This document shows, one piece after another, positions 19,821 through 29,235 of a stretch of 64,000 bases of DNA (positions are counted from its first letter, which is position 1; each line of letters begins with the position of its first letter). The stretch is taken from positions 67,061 to 131,060 of the forward strand of contig CAYSCW010000003.1 of the NCBI GenBank assembly GCA_964429795.1. Direction: 5' to 3'. The notes beneath the pieces were generated by a model that saw nothing but the letters and a program-made list of their open reading frames with translations, searched no databases and was not told the DNA's origin. The translations under genes were made by a program, and so were the position numbers. This stretch comes from an uncultured Eubacteriales bacterium. Its GTDB lineage: Bacteria > Acidobacteriota > Aminicenantia > Aminicenantales > Aminicenantaceae.

Positions 19821-21679
19821 CACTGCTTGATGCTGAATCCTATGTTTAAGCTTCGGCCAGGCATGGGATAGGGGCCTGCTTCTATACCTGGCAAATCGAC
19901 ATATATCAAATAATCTTTATCAAGAATATTGTTCATTTCAGCGAAAATGCTAAGAAAAGAGAGCGCATTCACTTCAAAGCGCAAGTTAAGCAGGAAATAG
20001 GAAGGCAGACAGGATTGAGCGAAATCTTCGGCATAGTAATCGGTTACGTACTGGGTTTGCAGAGAAGCAAAGACATTAGCATCTTCAAAGCGAAGAGAAA
20101 AATCCCATTTCTGGCCTGCTCTTCCCTTTGTTTTTTCACCGGGATCGAGATAGGTATAGAAAAGAAGAGCGGAGAAAGAGCGGCTTAAGGCTGCCCTTAT
20201 GTTCAATTCAGCACCGGAGAAAGTGAATTCTCCTATATTCTGAAATTTAAACGGCGGCGGTGGAGAGGGATTAGAAGCTGTCTCGATTATGTTTGAGCCT
20301 TTCATCCTGTAAAAAGCTGCGCCCAGGCTCATCCAGTCGCCAATTTTTTGGTCGAATCCGACTTCATAATTCCAGACTTTCTCCGGCTTCAAATCAGGGT
20401 TTGCTGCAGGAAACATATAAAGCTCATTGAGCTGGGGAGAACGGAACCCTTTGTTAATGGATGCCCTGAGAGTGGTCTTCTCGCTCGCTTTAAATACAAT
20501 CCCCCAGTGAGGACACCCCTCTATCCCAAAAAGGGAATCCCGATGGAGGCGAAAACCCGCAGAGATAATCCATCTTTGATGGAGAACGTATTCATCCTGA
20601 ACGAAAACTGCCACTTCATTTTTATCCCACTGGCCCATAGGCCAGTTGTAGCTTTTTCCTCCCAAGATACGAAAATCCACTCCACAGACGAGTTCATTAT
20701 TGCGGATTCTGTGCGCTGTATAGCGCAGAACTCCTCCGTTGATATAGTCCCTTGAGTGCCAGCCGTCGGAGAATCTATGGTGTCCGAAATTGCGGTATAC
20801 TTTAAGGAAAAACTCATCCCTCTCGTCTCCTGCTTTCATGGTTAAATCTACTGCCCCTCTTTGGTAGTCATTCCAAAAATCGCTGAGAGGAAAATCAGCC
20901 GTCCCTGCTTCATATTTCTTTCCATCGAAATATTTTCCTTGAAGGCTCAATTGAAAGCGATCGGAAAAATCATAGCTCAATTTTCCAGTGAAGGCGTTTC
21001 CATTATAGCTTGAGTTTTCTCGGTGGCCGTCGCTTCGCCGCCGGTCAAATGTCAGGTAGTAAATCCATCGCTTCAGTTTGCCACCATGGCGCAGATTAAG
21101 CTGCTGGGTGTTAAAACTTCCGTAGGAGGCTGACAGATCTGTTTCCAATCCTTCCTCCGGGTTTCGGGTAATGATGTTAACCACGCCACCAAAGGCTTCA
21201 GAACCGTAAAGAACAGATGAAGGCCCCCGTACAACTTCAATCCTTTCCACATTATCCAGAGGAAAGGCATGGGTCACGGCGCATCCATAAAGGCCCATCT
21301 TCTCTGGGCGGCCGTCAACAAGGATGTTGATCCTCCGGCCTCTCTGTCCGATTCCTCTGATATTAACATCGGCACGTCCAAAATCCCCGGTCCGCTGGAC
21401 AAAGACACCTGGCAGGAAATTCAACAGATTCAAAGCATTGCTGGCTGAAATTGCTCTAATATCCTGTGAGCTAACAACGCTCACCGAAGAGGAACAGTCT
21501 TTAACAGCTTTACGGGTGGCCGTGGCCGTGACCACGACCACTTCATGAGGATGCAAGATATCGTCTTCCTTCCTCTTTTGTTTCTTTGAATCCTTTGCTT
21601 CCTGTGCTAGGGCATTACTATTGATAATCGCAGACAGAATCAAAATAACAGAAGCGAAACCCAAAAATCGTCTCTTCAT
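19820..21679 (-). CDS. TonB-dependent outer-membrane receptor, probably nickel-related
   Basis: Signal peptide MKRRFLGF, TonB-box-like EVVVVTAT, plug (IERGQRG..IL.DG) and IEVVRGPSSVLYGS..GGVVNIITR, then barrel repeats. NikR operator directly upstream. Confidence 0.92.
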   Translation of the reverse strand: MKRRFLGFASVILILSAIINSNALAQEAKDSKKQKRKEDDILHPHEVVVVTATATRKAVKDCSSSVSVVSSQDIRAISASNALNLLNFLPGVFVQRTGDFGRADVNIRGIGQRGRRINILVDGRPEKMGLYGCAVTHAFPLDNVERIEVVRGPSSVLYGSEAFGGVVNIITRNPEEGLETDLSASYGSFNTQQLNLRHGGKLKRWIYYLTFDRRRSDGHRENSSYNGNAFTGKLSYDFSDRFQLSLQGKYFDGKKYEAGTADFPLSDFWNDYQRGAVDLTMKAGDERDEFFLKVYRNFGHHRFSDGWHSRDYINGGVLRYTAHRIRNNELVCGVDFRILGGKSYNWPMGQWDKNEVAVFVQDEYVLHQRWIISAGFRLHRDSLFGIEGCPHWGIVFKASEKTTLRASINKGFRSPQLNELYMFPAANPDLKPEKVWNYEVGFDQKIGDWMSLGAAFYRMKGSNIIETASNPSPPPPFKFQNIGEFTFSGAELNIRAALSRSFSALLFYTYLDPGEKTKGRAGQKWDFSLRFEDANVFASLQTQYVTDYYAEDFAQSCLPSYFLLNLRFEVNALSFLSIFAEMNNILDKDYLIYVDLPGIEAGPYPMPGRSLNIGFSIKQ

Positions 21680-21694
21680 CCTTCCTCCCAAAAA

Positions 21695-21721
21695 GTGTTA
21701 CGATTATTAAAATAGTAATAC
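21695..21721. promoter_or_regulatory. NikR operator
   Basis: GTGTTAC-N13-GTAATAC matches the GTGTTAC-N13-GTAACAC type site of Arg-Gly-Ser NikRs. It lies downstream of a minus-strand TTGACA at 21734-21739 and overlaps the predicted -10. Confidence 0.8.
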
Positions 21722-21769
21722 ATATAACTGAAATGTCAACATTTTTTTTAAAATGGGTAATCATCAGGC

Positions 21770-21822
21770 GAGCGGGCATGGTTCCTCTCCATATTCGCTG
21801 GGGAAAATTCGCGGGCTGACGA
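21770..21822. repeat. Dispersed intergenic repeat, copy 1
   Basis: Reverse complement matches 34724-34744 (19/21) and 34655-34682 (25/28). Shares GGTTCCTCTCCAT with 57609-57621. Confidence 0.7.
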
Positions 21823-21932
21823 ATCAGCTTACCTTACTGTGACTTCATCACGGTTTTGTTAATAATTCCTTAAAATGGGTTTATTTTTTCTGGAAAAAAA
21901 TGTTTTAGGGGAGTTAGTTCAAAAGAGAGGGC

Positions 21933-22352
21933 CTAGTCTATCCCTTCTCCTGTGGTTGTCATGATCAACTTCCCATGTTTGACATGCCTTGTGCTGAGAA
22001 GCGCATCTGCTGTCTTTCGAATCAGAGAGCTCTTCCCTCTGAGGACGATGACCTCCAGACAGTTGTGATGATCGAGATGAATATGAGTGGAAGAGATGAT
22101 GGTATCGATATGCTGGTGCTGGATTCTGTTCAAAGTCTTTGTGATTTCTCTCATATCATGACTAAAGACTATCCCGAGGATTCCAACTGTCTCTCTTTTT
22201 TCATCTTTCCATTCTTCCTCCACAAGAAACTCTCTAATCAGATCCCGGATGGCTTCTGAGCGGTTCTTATATCCAATTTCCCTGATCAATGAATCAAATT
22301 TTTTCAGAAGAGAGGTCTCAATGGAAACTCCAAACCTTGTCACTCTATCCAT
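21933..22352 (-). CDS. nikR: Nickel-responsive regulator NikR
   Basis: Ribbon-helix-helix RFGVSI..NRSEAIRDLIR and ACT domain with HIHLDHHNCLEV nickel ligands. Confidence 0.96.
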   Translation of the reverse strand: MDRVTRFGVSIETSLLKKFDSLIREIGYKNRSEAIRDLIREFLVEEEWKDEKRETVGILGIVFSHDMREITKTLNRIQHQHIDTIISSTHIHLDHHNCLEVIVLRGKSSLIRKTADALLSTRHVKHGKLIMTTTGEGID

Positions 22353-22548
22353 CTCCCTAACCTCTTGAGTTTTTCCTGAAGATAATATTATTCGCTCAAG
22401 AAGTCAATCCGAAGCCGCTCGATGTAAACATCTCCAAAAAGGATGTAATAGGACAACTTTCATCATTTGTGGTATAAATAATCCCTACTATGGTTCCTCA
22501 AAATAAGGCAAGGCGATAAAAGCCTAACAGAGGCACAGCCAGGTTTGG

Positions 22549-24270
22549 ATGATGTACACCAAGGAAAATCTCAGAAATATCCTCAGAAGGATCGATGGAA
22601 GGGGGTACAAGGCTTACAAGGATATGGAAGGTGTCTATAATTTTGTCAACTATGTGCTTCATATCGATCATGTACAAGGAGATCCTTTCGCTTCACCTAG
22701 CCAGGTGCGCGTCAGAGTGCCTCAGGAGAAAGCCGGATTTCCAAGAGAGACATTCAAAAATAAAAGCCGAAAAATTGCTCTCCGCGACTATCTCACCCGC
22801 ATGTTTTTCAAAGCGAGCAAGAGATTTTGCCGCGGGATCCGGGGGACAGGAAAGAGCGGAATCATCGATATCGATCAGCCCAGCCCAGAAATTCTGGAAC
22901 GCACATCCTGTTTCATCACAGACTCCTTCGTCGAAGCCAGGTTTGTGATGGGCCTCCCAGCCTATGGAAGAAAAATAGCGAGCAGGCACGCCGAGTCCAT
23001 GCTCTTTGAGGAGCTTCCCCCAATTGTCCAAGCCTCCCTCTTCTACAAAAACCTTGACCCACGATCCCTAAAAAGACACGTGGAAACCACTGAAGATGCC
23101 GATATCTTAAGAAAGCGACTGGAAGAGTTGAATCTGGTTGCCTTCGTGGCCGATGGCGCTATCCTTCCCCGGGCAAGTGGTATCGATCCCCGTCCGCTTA
23201 CCGAGGGGCAGGTAGTTTCATTCCTATCTCCGCCATCGCTTCGTCTCGAAATCGAGCTGCCAAACCGGGGTCTGCTTTCGGGGATGGGAATTCCCAGGGG
23301 AATAACTCTCATCGTAGGCGGAGGTTACCATGGCAAATCCACTCTGCTAAAAGCCTTGGAAATAGGGATATATGACCATATTCCTTGCGATGGAAGGGAA
23401 TATGTGGTCACCAATTCCTATGCCGTGAAGATAAGGGCGGAGGATGGCCGGCGGATAGAGAATGTGGATATTTCCCCTTTTATCAATAATCTTCCCTTCG
23501 GGCAGCAAACCCAGCAGTTCTCCACAGAAGATGCCAGCGGCAGCACCTCTCAAGCGGCCAACACTATCGAAGCCTTAGAACTGGGGGCTCAGGTTTTGCT
23601 CATCGACGAGGACACCTCTGCCACCAATTTCATGATCAGAGACCACAGGATGCAGGAATTGGTCTCCAAGGACAAGGAACCTATAACGCCGTTTATAGAT
23701 AAAATCTGCCAACTCTATAGGGATCTTGGAGTCTCGACCATCTTGGTCACAGGAGGTTCGGGCGACTACTTCGACGTTGCCGACTATGTGATCTGCATGG
23801 CGGATTATAGACCCTACGATCTAACCGCCAGAGCCCGCTCCATTGCCGAAAAACACAAGGCAGAACGGACTCCTGAAGGGGGATTGCATTTTGGCAAAAT
23901 CGTCCCCAGGATTCCCCTGGCTCAGAGCATTAACGCCAGAAAAGGGAAGAAATCGGTAAAAATATCCGCAAAAGGATTGACCTCCCTCCTCTTCGGCAGA
24001 CACCATATAGACCTCAGCTTTGTGGAGCAGTTGGTGGATAAAAGCCAGACTAGAGCTATAGGTGAGGCGGTCTGCTACGCTCTTAGATACATGGATGGTC
24101 AGAAGACATTAAGGGAAGTCACCGAAGCGGTGCTTAAGGAGATTGAAGAAAAGGGCCTGGATATTTTGAATCCTCGGCCGGTAGGCGATCATGCCGCCTT
24201 CAGGAGCTTGGAGCTTGCTGCGGCCATAAACAGGTTGAGAACTCTTTCTGTCAGGCAAGAGAGGACATAG
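22549..24270 (+). CDS. Predicted ABC-class ATPase (COG3044-like, soluble)
   Basis: HVQGDPFASPS, GGGYHGKSTLL, EDASGSTSQAA and LLIDEDTSATNFM motifs. Confidence 0.85.
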   Translation: MMYTKENLRNILRRIDGRGYKAYKDMEGVYNFVNYVLHIDHVQGDPFASPSQVRVRVPQEKAGFPRETFKNKSRKIALRDYLTRMFFKASKRFCRGIRGTGKSGIIDIDQPSPEILERTSCFITDSFVEARFVMGLPAYGRKIASRHAESMLFEELPPIVQASLFYKNLDPRSLKRHVETTEDADILRKRLEELNLVAFVADGAILPRASGIDPRPLTEGQVVSFLSPPSLRLEIELPNRGLLSGMGIPRGITLIVGGGYHGKSTLLKALEIGIYDHIPCDGREYVVTNSYAVKIRAEDGRRIENVDISPFINNLPFGQQTQQFSTEDASGSTSQAANTIEALELGAQVLLIDEDTSATNFMIRDHRMQELVSKDKEPITPFIDKICQLYRDLGVSTILVTGGSGDYFDVADYVICMADYRPYDLTARARSIAEKHKAERTPEGGLHFGKIVPRIPLAQSINARKGKKSVKISAKGLTSLLFGRHHIDLSFVEQLVDKSQTRAIGEAVCYALRYMDGQKTLREVTEAVLKEIEEKGLDILNPRPVGDHAAFRSLELAAAINRLRTLSVRQERT

Positions 24271-24378
24271 GAAAACAGTGGCTGCTGTGACAGCCGTTCT
24301 GAGAGTCTCAACGATGCAGCTTTTGAGATAAAAAGGGGAGAAGCTAATCTTCGAAAGAAACAGGCAATCCTATTTGAT

Positions 24379-24948
24379 TTAAGCTTTCAGGGATAAAAGC
24401 TCTTCTGTTTTTGCTGCAGCCAGAAGACCCAGTCGGACACAGACTTCTCTGCTGGTTTCCTCCTTTCTGATCTCAGAACAGTGTAAGGGGGCCTGGGAAG
24501 TCCACCACTTCCAATATTCCTTCACTAGATTTTTACCATGCTCCTTGGCTTCTTTTCGCTCTTTCTCCAGCATGCCAGCTCGAAGACCGATGGCCATGAT
24601 CCCGCCGGTCAGAAACCCACAGAGATCTTTGTGATAAAGCCCACCTCCAAAGCCGCTGGCGATCCATACTAGTTCTTCCGGTTTTTTCAAATGTCTCAGG
24701 GAAACCATCCACAGGGATTCTGCACAGCTGTAATCTTTGCCAAAAAAGTTTTTTATATCTTCAGCCATGGAAAACTTTTTGACCCATTCCAATTCTTGCT
24801 CGGACAACTCCTCCTTGAGCTTCTGTGGAGCCTGAAAAACAGGAGTCCACAGAGAACTATGGCCGAGTAACTCACTTCCCATTACAAGAGTGGAAGCAGA
24901 AGCTATAAATAGTCTTCGGGATATTTTCATATCATCTCTTCTCTTCAT
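24379..24948 (-). CDS. C-GCAxxG-C-C family protein with Tat-like leader
   Basis: SCAES, GFGGG, LCGFLTGG, HCSEI and EVC Cys pattern; N-terminal SRRLFI. Confidence 0.8.
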   Translation of the reverse strand: MKRRDDMKISRRLFIASASTLVMGSELLGHSSLWTPVFQAPQKLKEELSEQELEWVKKFSMAEDIKNFFGKDYSCAESLWMVSLRHLKKPEELVWIASGFGGGLYHKDLCGFLTGGIMAIGLRAGMLEKERKEAKEHGKNLVKEYWKWWTSQAPLHCSEIRKEETSREVCVRLGLLAAAKTEELLSLKA

Positions 24949-25005
24949 GATTCCTCCTTACAGGAGAAGCGTGTTGGACAATTTTAACGCCTATTATCGC
25001 TCATC

Positions 25006-26499
25006 CTATTGTTCACTTTTCTTAGGCTTGACAGGGGGTTTGAGATCTGGAGGCAGAGGAGATTTATACTCCTTGCCTTTCTTTGCCTTCATCCATTCTT
25101 CTCTCATCTTCTTTATCATCTCAGGATGGTCAAGGAAATCGAGTCCGGATCCAGCCATGACTTTAGCTGCAGTAAGCATGGCCTTATGACCGATGGACAT
25201 CTGGCCGCAGGCTACTGATGACCAGTGATGACCGGGTGTTCCCGTAGGCTTGAAAGCCACGCCGAGTGTAGTCGTGGGGGTCAGCCAGCTTACCTCTGCC
25301 ACATCCGTAGAGCCACCTCCCCAGCTTCTCTCCGGCAGACGAAAGGGCTCGACTTTCGTCTTCAATCCTTTCTCCTCCATTCCCAGATTCTCTTGGATTG
25401 CCTTGGCGAATTCCTGTTCTTCCTCGGTGAATTTCGGTCCTCCCACTAGAAGCAGGTTGCTGTAGACAATTTCATTGCCTGTCCTGTTGGTCAACATCTC
25501 GTGAACTCCACTGATGAGATGTATCTTATAGGTTGTTTCTGTCATCATTGCTGCCGCCTCGATGATCTTGAGCACTCTCTTGTAATCCTTTTCCACGCTC
25601 TCCCGGTCGATGTCCCTCACATAGTACCAAGCTTTGGCATAGTCGGGGACCACATTGGGAACACCTCCGCCCTGTTCTATGACATAATGAATCCTGGCAG
25701 TGGGTTTGAGATGTTCCCTCAGATAATTCAATCCCACATTAGTCAGCTCCACCCCATCAAGGGCACTGCGGCCATGCCAGGGGTCGCCGGCAGCATGAGC
25801 TGTCTTCCCAAACCATTCCACCTCAAACTGATTCAGGGCATTGCTCGAGTCTAAAGGCACATCATTTACAGAGCTGGGATGCCATTGGACACAGCATGAA
25901 AGCCCATCAAAAACTCCATCACGAGCCATGAATACCTTACCCACAACAGTCTCTTCAGCCGGACAGCCGAAAAGCTTGAGTGTTCCGGGAAGACTATTCT
26001 TTGCCATAACTTCTTTCATGGCGACAGCAGCAGCGGTGCTGGCCGTTCCGAAGACATTATGGCCACAGCCGTGTCCGGGTTTTCCTTCCTCGACGGGCTT
26101 CTTGTAAGGAACGGGCTGCTGAGAAAGACCGGGAAGGGCATCATATTCCGCCAGTATGCCGATCGCAGGCTCACCCGATCCATAGACAGCCACAAAAGCT
26201 GTGGGCATGCCAGCTACTCCTCTGGTCACTTCGAATCCGTTCTCTTCGAGGTACAAGGCCAGAAGCTCTGATGATTGGTACTCTTCCATGGCCACCTCAG
26301 CAAAGCCTGCTATCTTATCGTTGATTTCAGCAAGCTCCTTCATGTGGGAATCGAGCCAGGCAAACGCTTCTTTCTTGTGCTCAGTGAGCTGGGCTGGCTC
26401 TACTTCGATCAGAAGAGGATCCTCCTTCTCCTCCTTTGGATAAAGAGAGAAAGAGAAAAGCATGCATACGCTTAACAGAAAAACAAAGGACTTTTTCAT
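25006..26499 (-). CDS. Exported M20 amidohydrolase (AbgB-like)
   Basis: Signal peptide from ATG 26499. EYDALPGL, GHGCGHN, PAEE, WHP, AHAAGDPW and GGSTDVAEVSW motifs. Confidence 0.88.
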   Translation of the reverse strand: MKKSFVFLLSVCMLFSFSLYPKEEKEDPLLIEVEPAQLTEHKKEAFAWLDSHMKELAEINDKIAGFAEVAMEEYQSSELLALYLEENGFEVTRGVAGMPTAFVAVYGSGEPAIGILAEYDALPGLSQQPVPYKKPVEEGKPGHGCGHNVFGTASTAAAVAMKEVMAKNSLPGTLKLFGCPAEETVVGKVFMARDGVFDGLSCCVQWHPSSVNDVPLDSSNALNQFEVEWFGKTAHAAGDPWHGRSALDGVELTNVGLNYLREHLKPTARIHYVIEQGGGVPNVVPDYAKAWYYVRDIDRESVEKDYKRVLKIIEAAAMMTETTYKIHLISGVHEMLTNRTGNEIVYSNLLLVGGPKFTEEEQEFAKAIQENLGMEEKGLKTKVEPFRLPERSWGGGSTDVAEVSWLTPTTTLGVAFKPTGTPGHHWSSVACGQMSIGHKAMLTAAKVMAGSGLDFLDHPEMIKKMREEWMKAKKGKEYKSPLPPDLKPPVKPKKSEQ

Positions 26500-26658
26500 C
26501 TCATCCTCCTTTCTAGCTTCTTGATACGAGCAAAAAAAGTGGATTGTCGGCATCCAAACACATATTAAAATGATAACTCCAGATCAAAGTCAAGGAAAAA
26601 CAGAGTATGCATCTCAAATCTCTTTTATAAAAATTTGGAGGATCCAAAGAATGAGGCA

Positions 26659-28182
26659 TTACTGAAAGTATTTATCCATTATCCGGTATTGAACAGCTTC
26701 TGAAATGTGCACAGGAGTGATCCTTTCTTCACCGTTTAAATCGGCAATCGTACGGGCGACTTTCAGAACGCGAGTGTAGCCCCGGGCAGTGAATCCCAGA
26801 CGATCAACCGCCATTTTCAGAAGCTCCTGCCCCTCCTTATCTACAGGACAGTGCCTTTTCACTTCCTTTGTCCCCATCTGGGCATTAGAGAAAATCTTCT
26901 TTCCCCTGAACCTCTGAAGCTGTCTTTTTCTGGCCCTGACCACTCTTTTCCGTATCTCGGCAGAGCTTTCACCCTCATTCTTGGCTATGATGTCATGAAA
27001 TGCCACCTTGGGGACTTCAACCTGAATATCGATCCGGTCCAACAGCGGTCCAGATATTTTGGAATAGTAGCGAACTCTTGTGCTGTCTGTGAAGGTGGTG
27101 CCTGATGAGGGAAGACCCTGATAGGCATCTTCATAAGGGTTCATAGCAGCCACCAGCATAAAAGAAGAGGGAAAAGTCACCGAGACAAATGCCCGGGAGA
27201 TGGTTACCTGGCCATCCTCCAAAGGCTGTCTTAAGTCTTCCAGCACCTTCCTCTTGAATTCGGAAAACTCATCCAGAAAGAGGACTCCATGGTGGGCGAG
27301 GCTTACCTCTCCTGGTCTGGGCACCAACCCGCCTCCGATCAAGCCCGCATCAGATATGGTGTGATGGGGAGCTCGAAAAGGCCTTTCCCCCACTACTCCC
27401 TTGTTCCTCAAATGCCCTGCAGCGCTGTAGATCTGGGTTACTTTTATGATTTCTTCGAATGTCATAGGGGGAAGGATAGTGGGCAGTCTGCGGGCCAGCA
27501 TGGTCTTCCCTGCACCGGGAGGTCCGATCAGAAGAACATTATGCGCTCCAGCGGCCGCCACCTCCAATACCCGTTTAACGTGCTGCTGGCCTTTTATTTC
27601 TTGGAAATCCACTTCGTACTGGAGAGGAGGAAGCAGCTCTTTGAGAGAATACTCACAGGGAGCAATCGCTTCGGGATGGCTGAGAAGTTCCACTACCTGG
27701 ACCAAATTTTCTAAACCGTATATGTCGATCCCCTTGACTAAAGCCGCCTCTTTCTCGTTTTCTTTAGGAATGACAATCCCCTTGAATCCCTCTCTCTTGG
27801 CCATCACCGTAGCAGCAAGGATGCCCTTTCCGGGTTTGAGGCTCCCATCGAGAGCTAGCTCTCCCAAGAAAAGATAATCATGTAGTCTTTCTGGTGGAAA
27901 AAGATCTAAGTGAGCTAAAAATCCCAGTGATATGGGAAGATCAAAAGAAGAGCCTTCCTTTCTCCTGTCGGCAGGAGCCAGATTGATGGTTATCCTTCTT
28001 GAAGGAAAATCAAAACCGCAGTTCTTTAAGGCGGCTCTTACCCTCTCCTTGCTCTCCCTGACCGATGCATCAGGAAGGCCTACGGTGACAAAATTGGGCA
28101 AGCCAAAGGAGATGTCCACTTCCACATCGACGATATAGGCTTCGATTCCGATGAGGGAGGCACTGGAGATCTTGAAAAGCAT
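26659..28182 (-). CDS. comM: YifB/ComM Mg-chelatase-like AAA+ ATPase
   Basis: INLAPAD.RKEGSSFDL, GPPGAGKTMLA, RAPHH, GVLFLDEF and ISGPLLDRID motifs. Confidence 0.93.
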   Translation of the reverse strand: MLFKISSASLIGIEAYIVDVEVDISFGLPNFVTVGLPDASVRESKERVRAALKNCGFDFPSRRITINLAPADRRKEGSSFDLPISLGFLAHLDLFPPERLHDYLFLGELALDGSLKPGKGILAATVMAKREGFKGIVIPKENEKEAALVKGIDIYGLENLVQVVELLSHPEAIAPCEYSLKELLPPLQYEVDFQEIKGQQHVKRVLEVAAAGAHNVLLIGPPGAGKTMLARRLPTILPPMTFEEIIKVTQIYSAAGHLRNKGVVGERPFRAPHHTISDAGLIGGGLVPRPGEVSLAHHGVLFLDEFSEFKRKVLEDLRQPLEDGQVTISRAFVSVTFPSSFMLVAAMNPYEDAYQGLPSSGTTFTDSTRVRYYSKISGPLLDRIDIQVEVPKVAFHDIIAKNEGESSAEIRKRVVRARKRQLQRFRGKKIFSNAQMGTKEVKRHCPVDKEGQELLKMAVDRLGFTARGYTRVLKVARTIADLNGEERITPVHISEAVQYRIMDKYFQ

Positions 28183-28260
28183 ATTCGTCTAGAATAAAGA
28201 CGTAGGCTTTTCAGATTTTTATCAGACCCAGAAAAAGAAAAAAAAGGTGGGATGAAAGTT

Positions 28261-29169
28261 TCAGGATTGGTCCTTAAATTCCCGGGCCAACCTTTCCACT
28301 TCCTTTTCGATATCTTCCTGAGATTTGAATTTCATCTTCACAAATCTAACGCGAGAGACCTTGGGCGAGGCTTCTGGAACAAGCTCAATCTCCTCTACCT
28401 TAGTGGATTCTTCCCTGAGAGTTTCTTCCTTTAACTCCACCTGGGCAGAATCCTCGACAAGCTCCTCGAGTTCGACTCTGACTTCTTCGACTGCTTCTTC
28501 CCTAACTTCTTCCCTGGTTTCCTCCTCCATCTCCTCTTCAATTTCCTCTTCTTCCATTTCAAGCTCAATCCTTCTCTCTCCAAAGATACTCTTTCTTACC
28601 ACTGGCACGGTAAGCCTGGAGATCTCTTTGAGAGTTTCGATGACTCCCACTCCATTGATAGCTGAGGATTCGAAGTAAGGAAGCTTCCGCGGATTGAGGA
28701 GGTTGTTAAAGGTTTCCACGGGAATGAGATTATCCAAATCTCTCTTGTTGTACTGGAAGACCAAAGGAATGTAATTGAGGTCGATATTGTGCTCCAGCAG
28801 GTTTTTCCTCAGCCCATCGAAGTTTTCAAGGTTGGCATCAAGAAGAGACACCTGGGAGTCGGCCACAAAGACAATACCGTCTGCACCTTTTAGAACGCTC
28901 TTCCTCGAAGCCTCATAAAAAACCTGACCAGGAACGGTCATCAATTGAAAATGAATCTTGAAATCACCAATCTGACCGGCCTTTATGGGAAGAAGATCGA
29001 AGAAAAGAGTCCTTTCTGTATCTGTTTCCAGACAAATGAGATCGCCTCTGGAATCCAAGTCCAATCGGACATAGATGTAACGGATATTGGTGGTTTTTCC
29101 ACTCAAGCCCGGACCATAGTAGACGACCTTGATCGCTACGTTTTTTGTGGCGTAGTTTACAAAGGCCAT
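28261..29169 (-). CDS. MglA-like small GTPase with an acidic C-terminal extension
   Basis: YYGPGLSGKTTN, RTLFFD, TVPGQVFY, NKRDL and SSA motifs, then an approximately 100-aa Glu-rich tail. Confidence 0.88.
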   Translation of the reverse strand: MAFVNYATKNVAIKVVYYGPGLSGKTTNIRYIYVRLDLDSRGDLICLETDTERTLFFDLLPIKAGQIGDFKIHFQLMTVPGQVFYEASRKSVLKGADGIVFVADSQVSLLDANLENFDGLRKNLLEHNIDLNYIPLVFQYNKRDLDNLIPVETFNNLLNPRKLPYFESSAINGVGVIETLKEISRLTVPVVRKSIFGERRIELEMEEEEIEEEMEEETREEVREEAVEEVRVELEELVEDSAQVELKEETLREESTKVEEIELVPEASPKVSRVRFVKMKFKSQEDIEKEVERLAREFKDQS

Positions 29170-29235
29170 TTCTTCTTTTTCCGCTTCCTTTTAGTTATTC
29201 TTAGCATAATCCGCCTTTGTGAGTCAAATCTTTCC

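Noticed and set aside
21692-21930. Cobalamin riboswitch upstream of the BtuB-like receptor
   Set aside because: No B12-box or GGGAA/ACTG core seen; a NikR operator and a repeat element explain the region.
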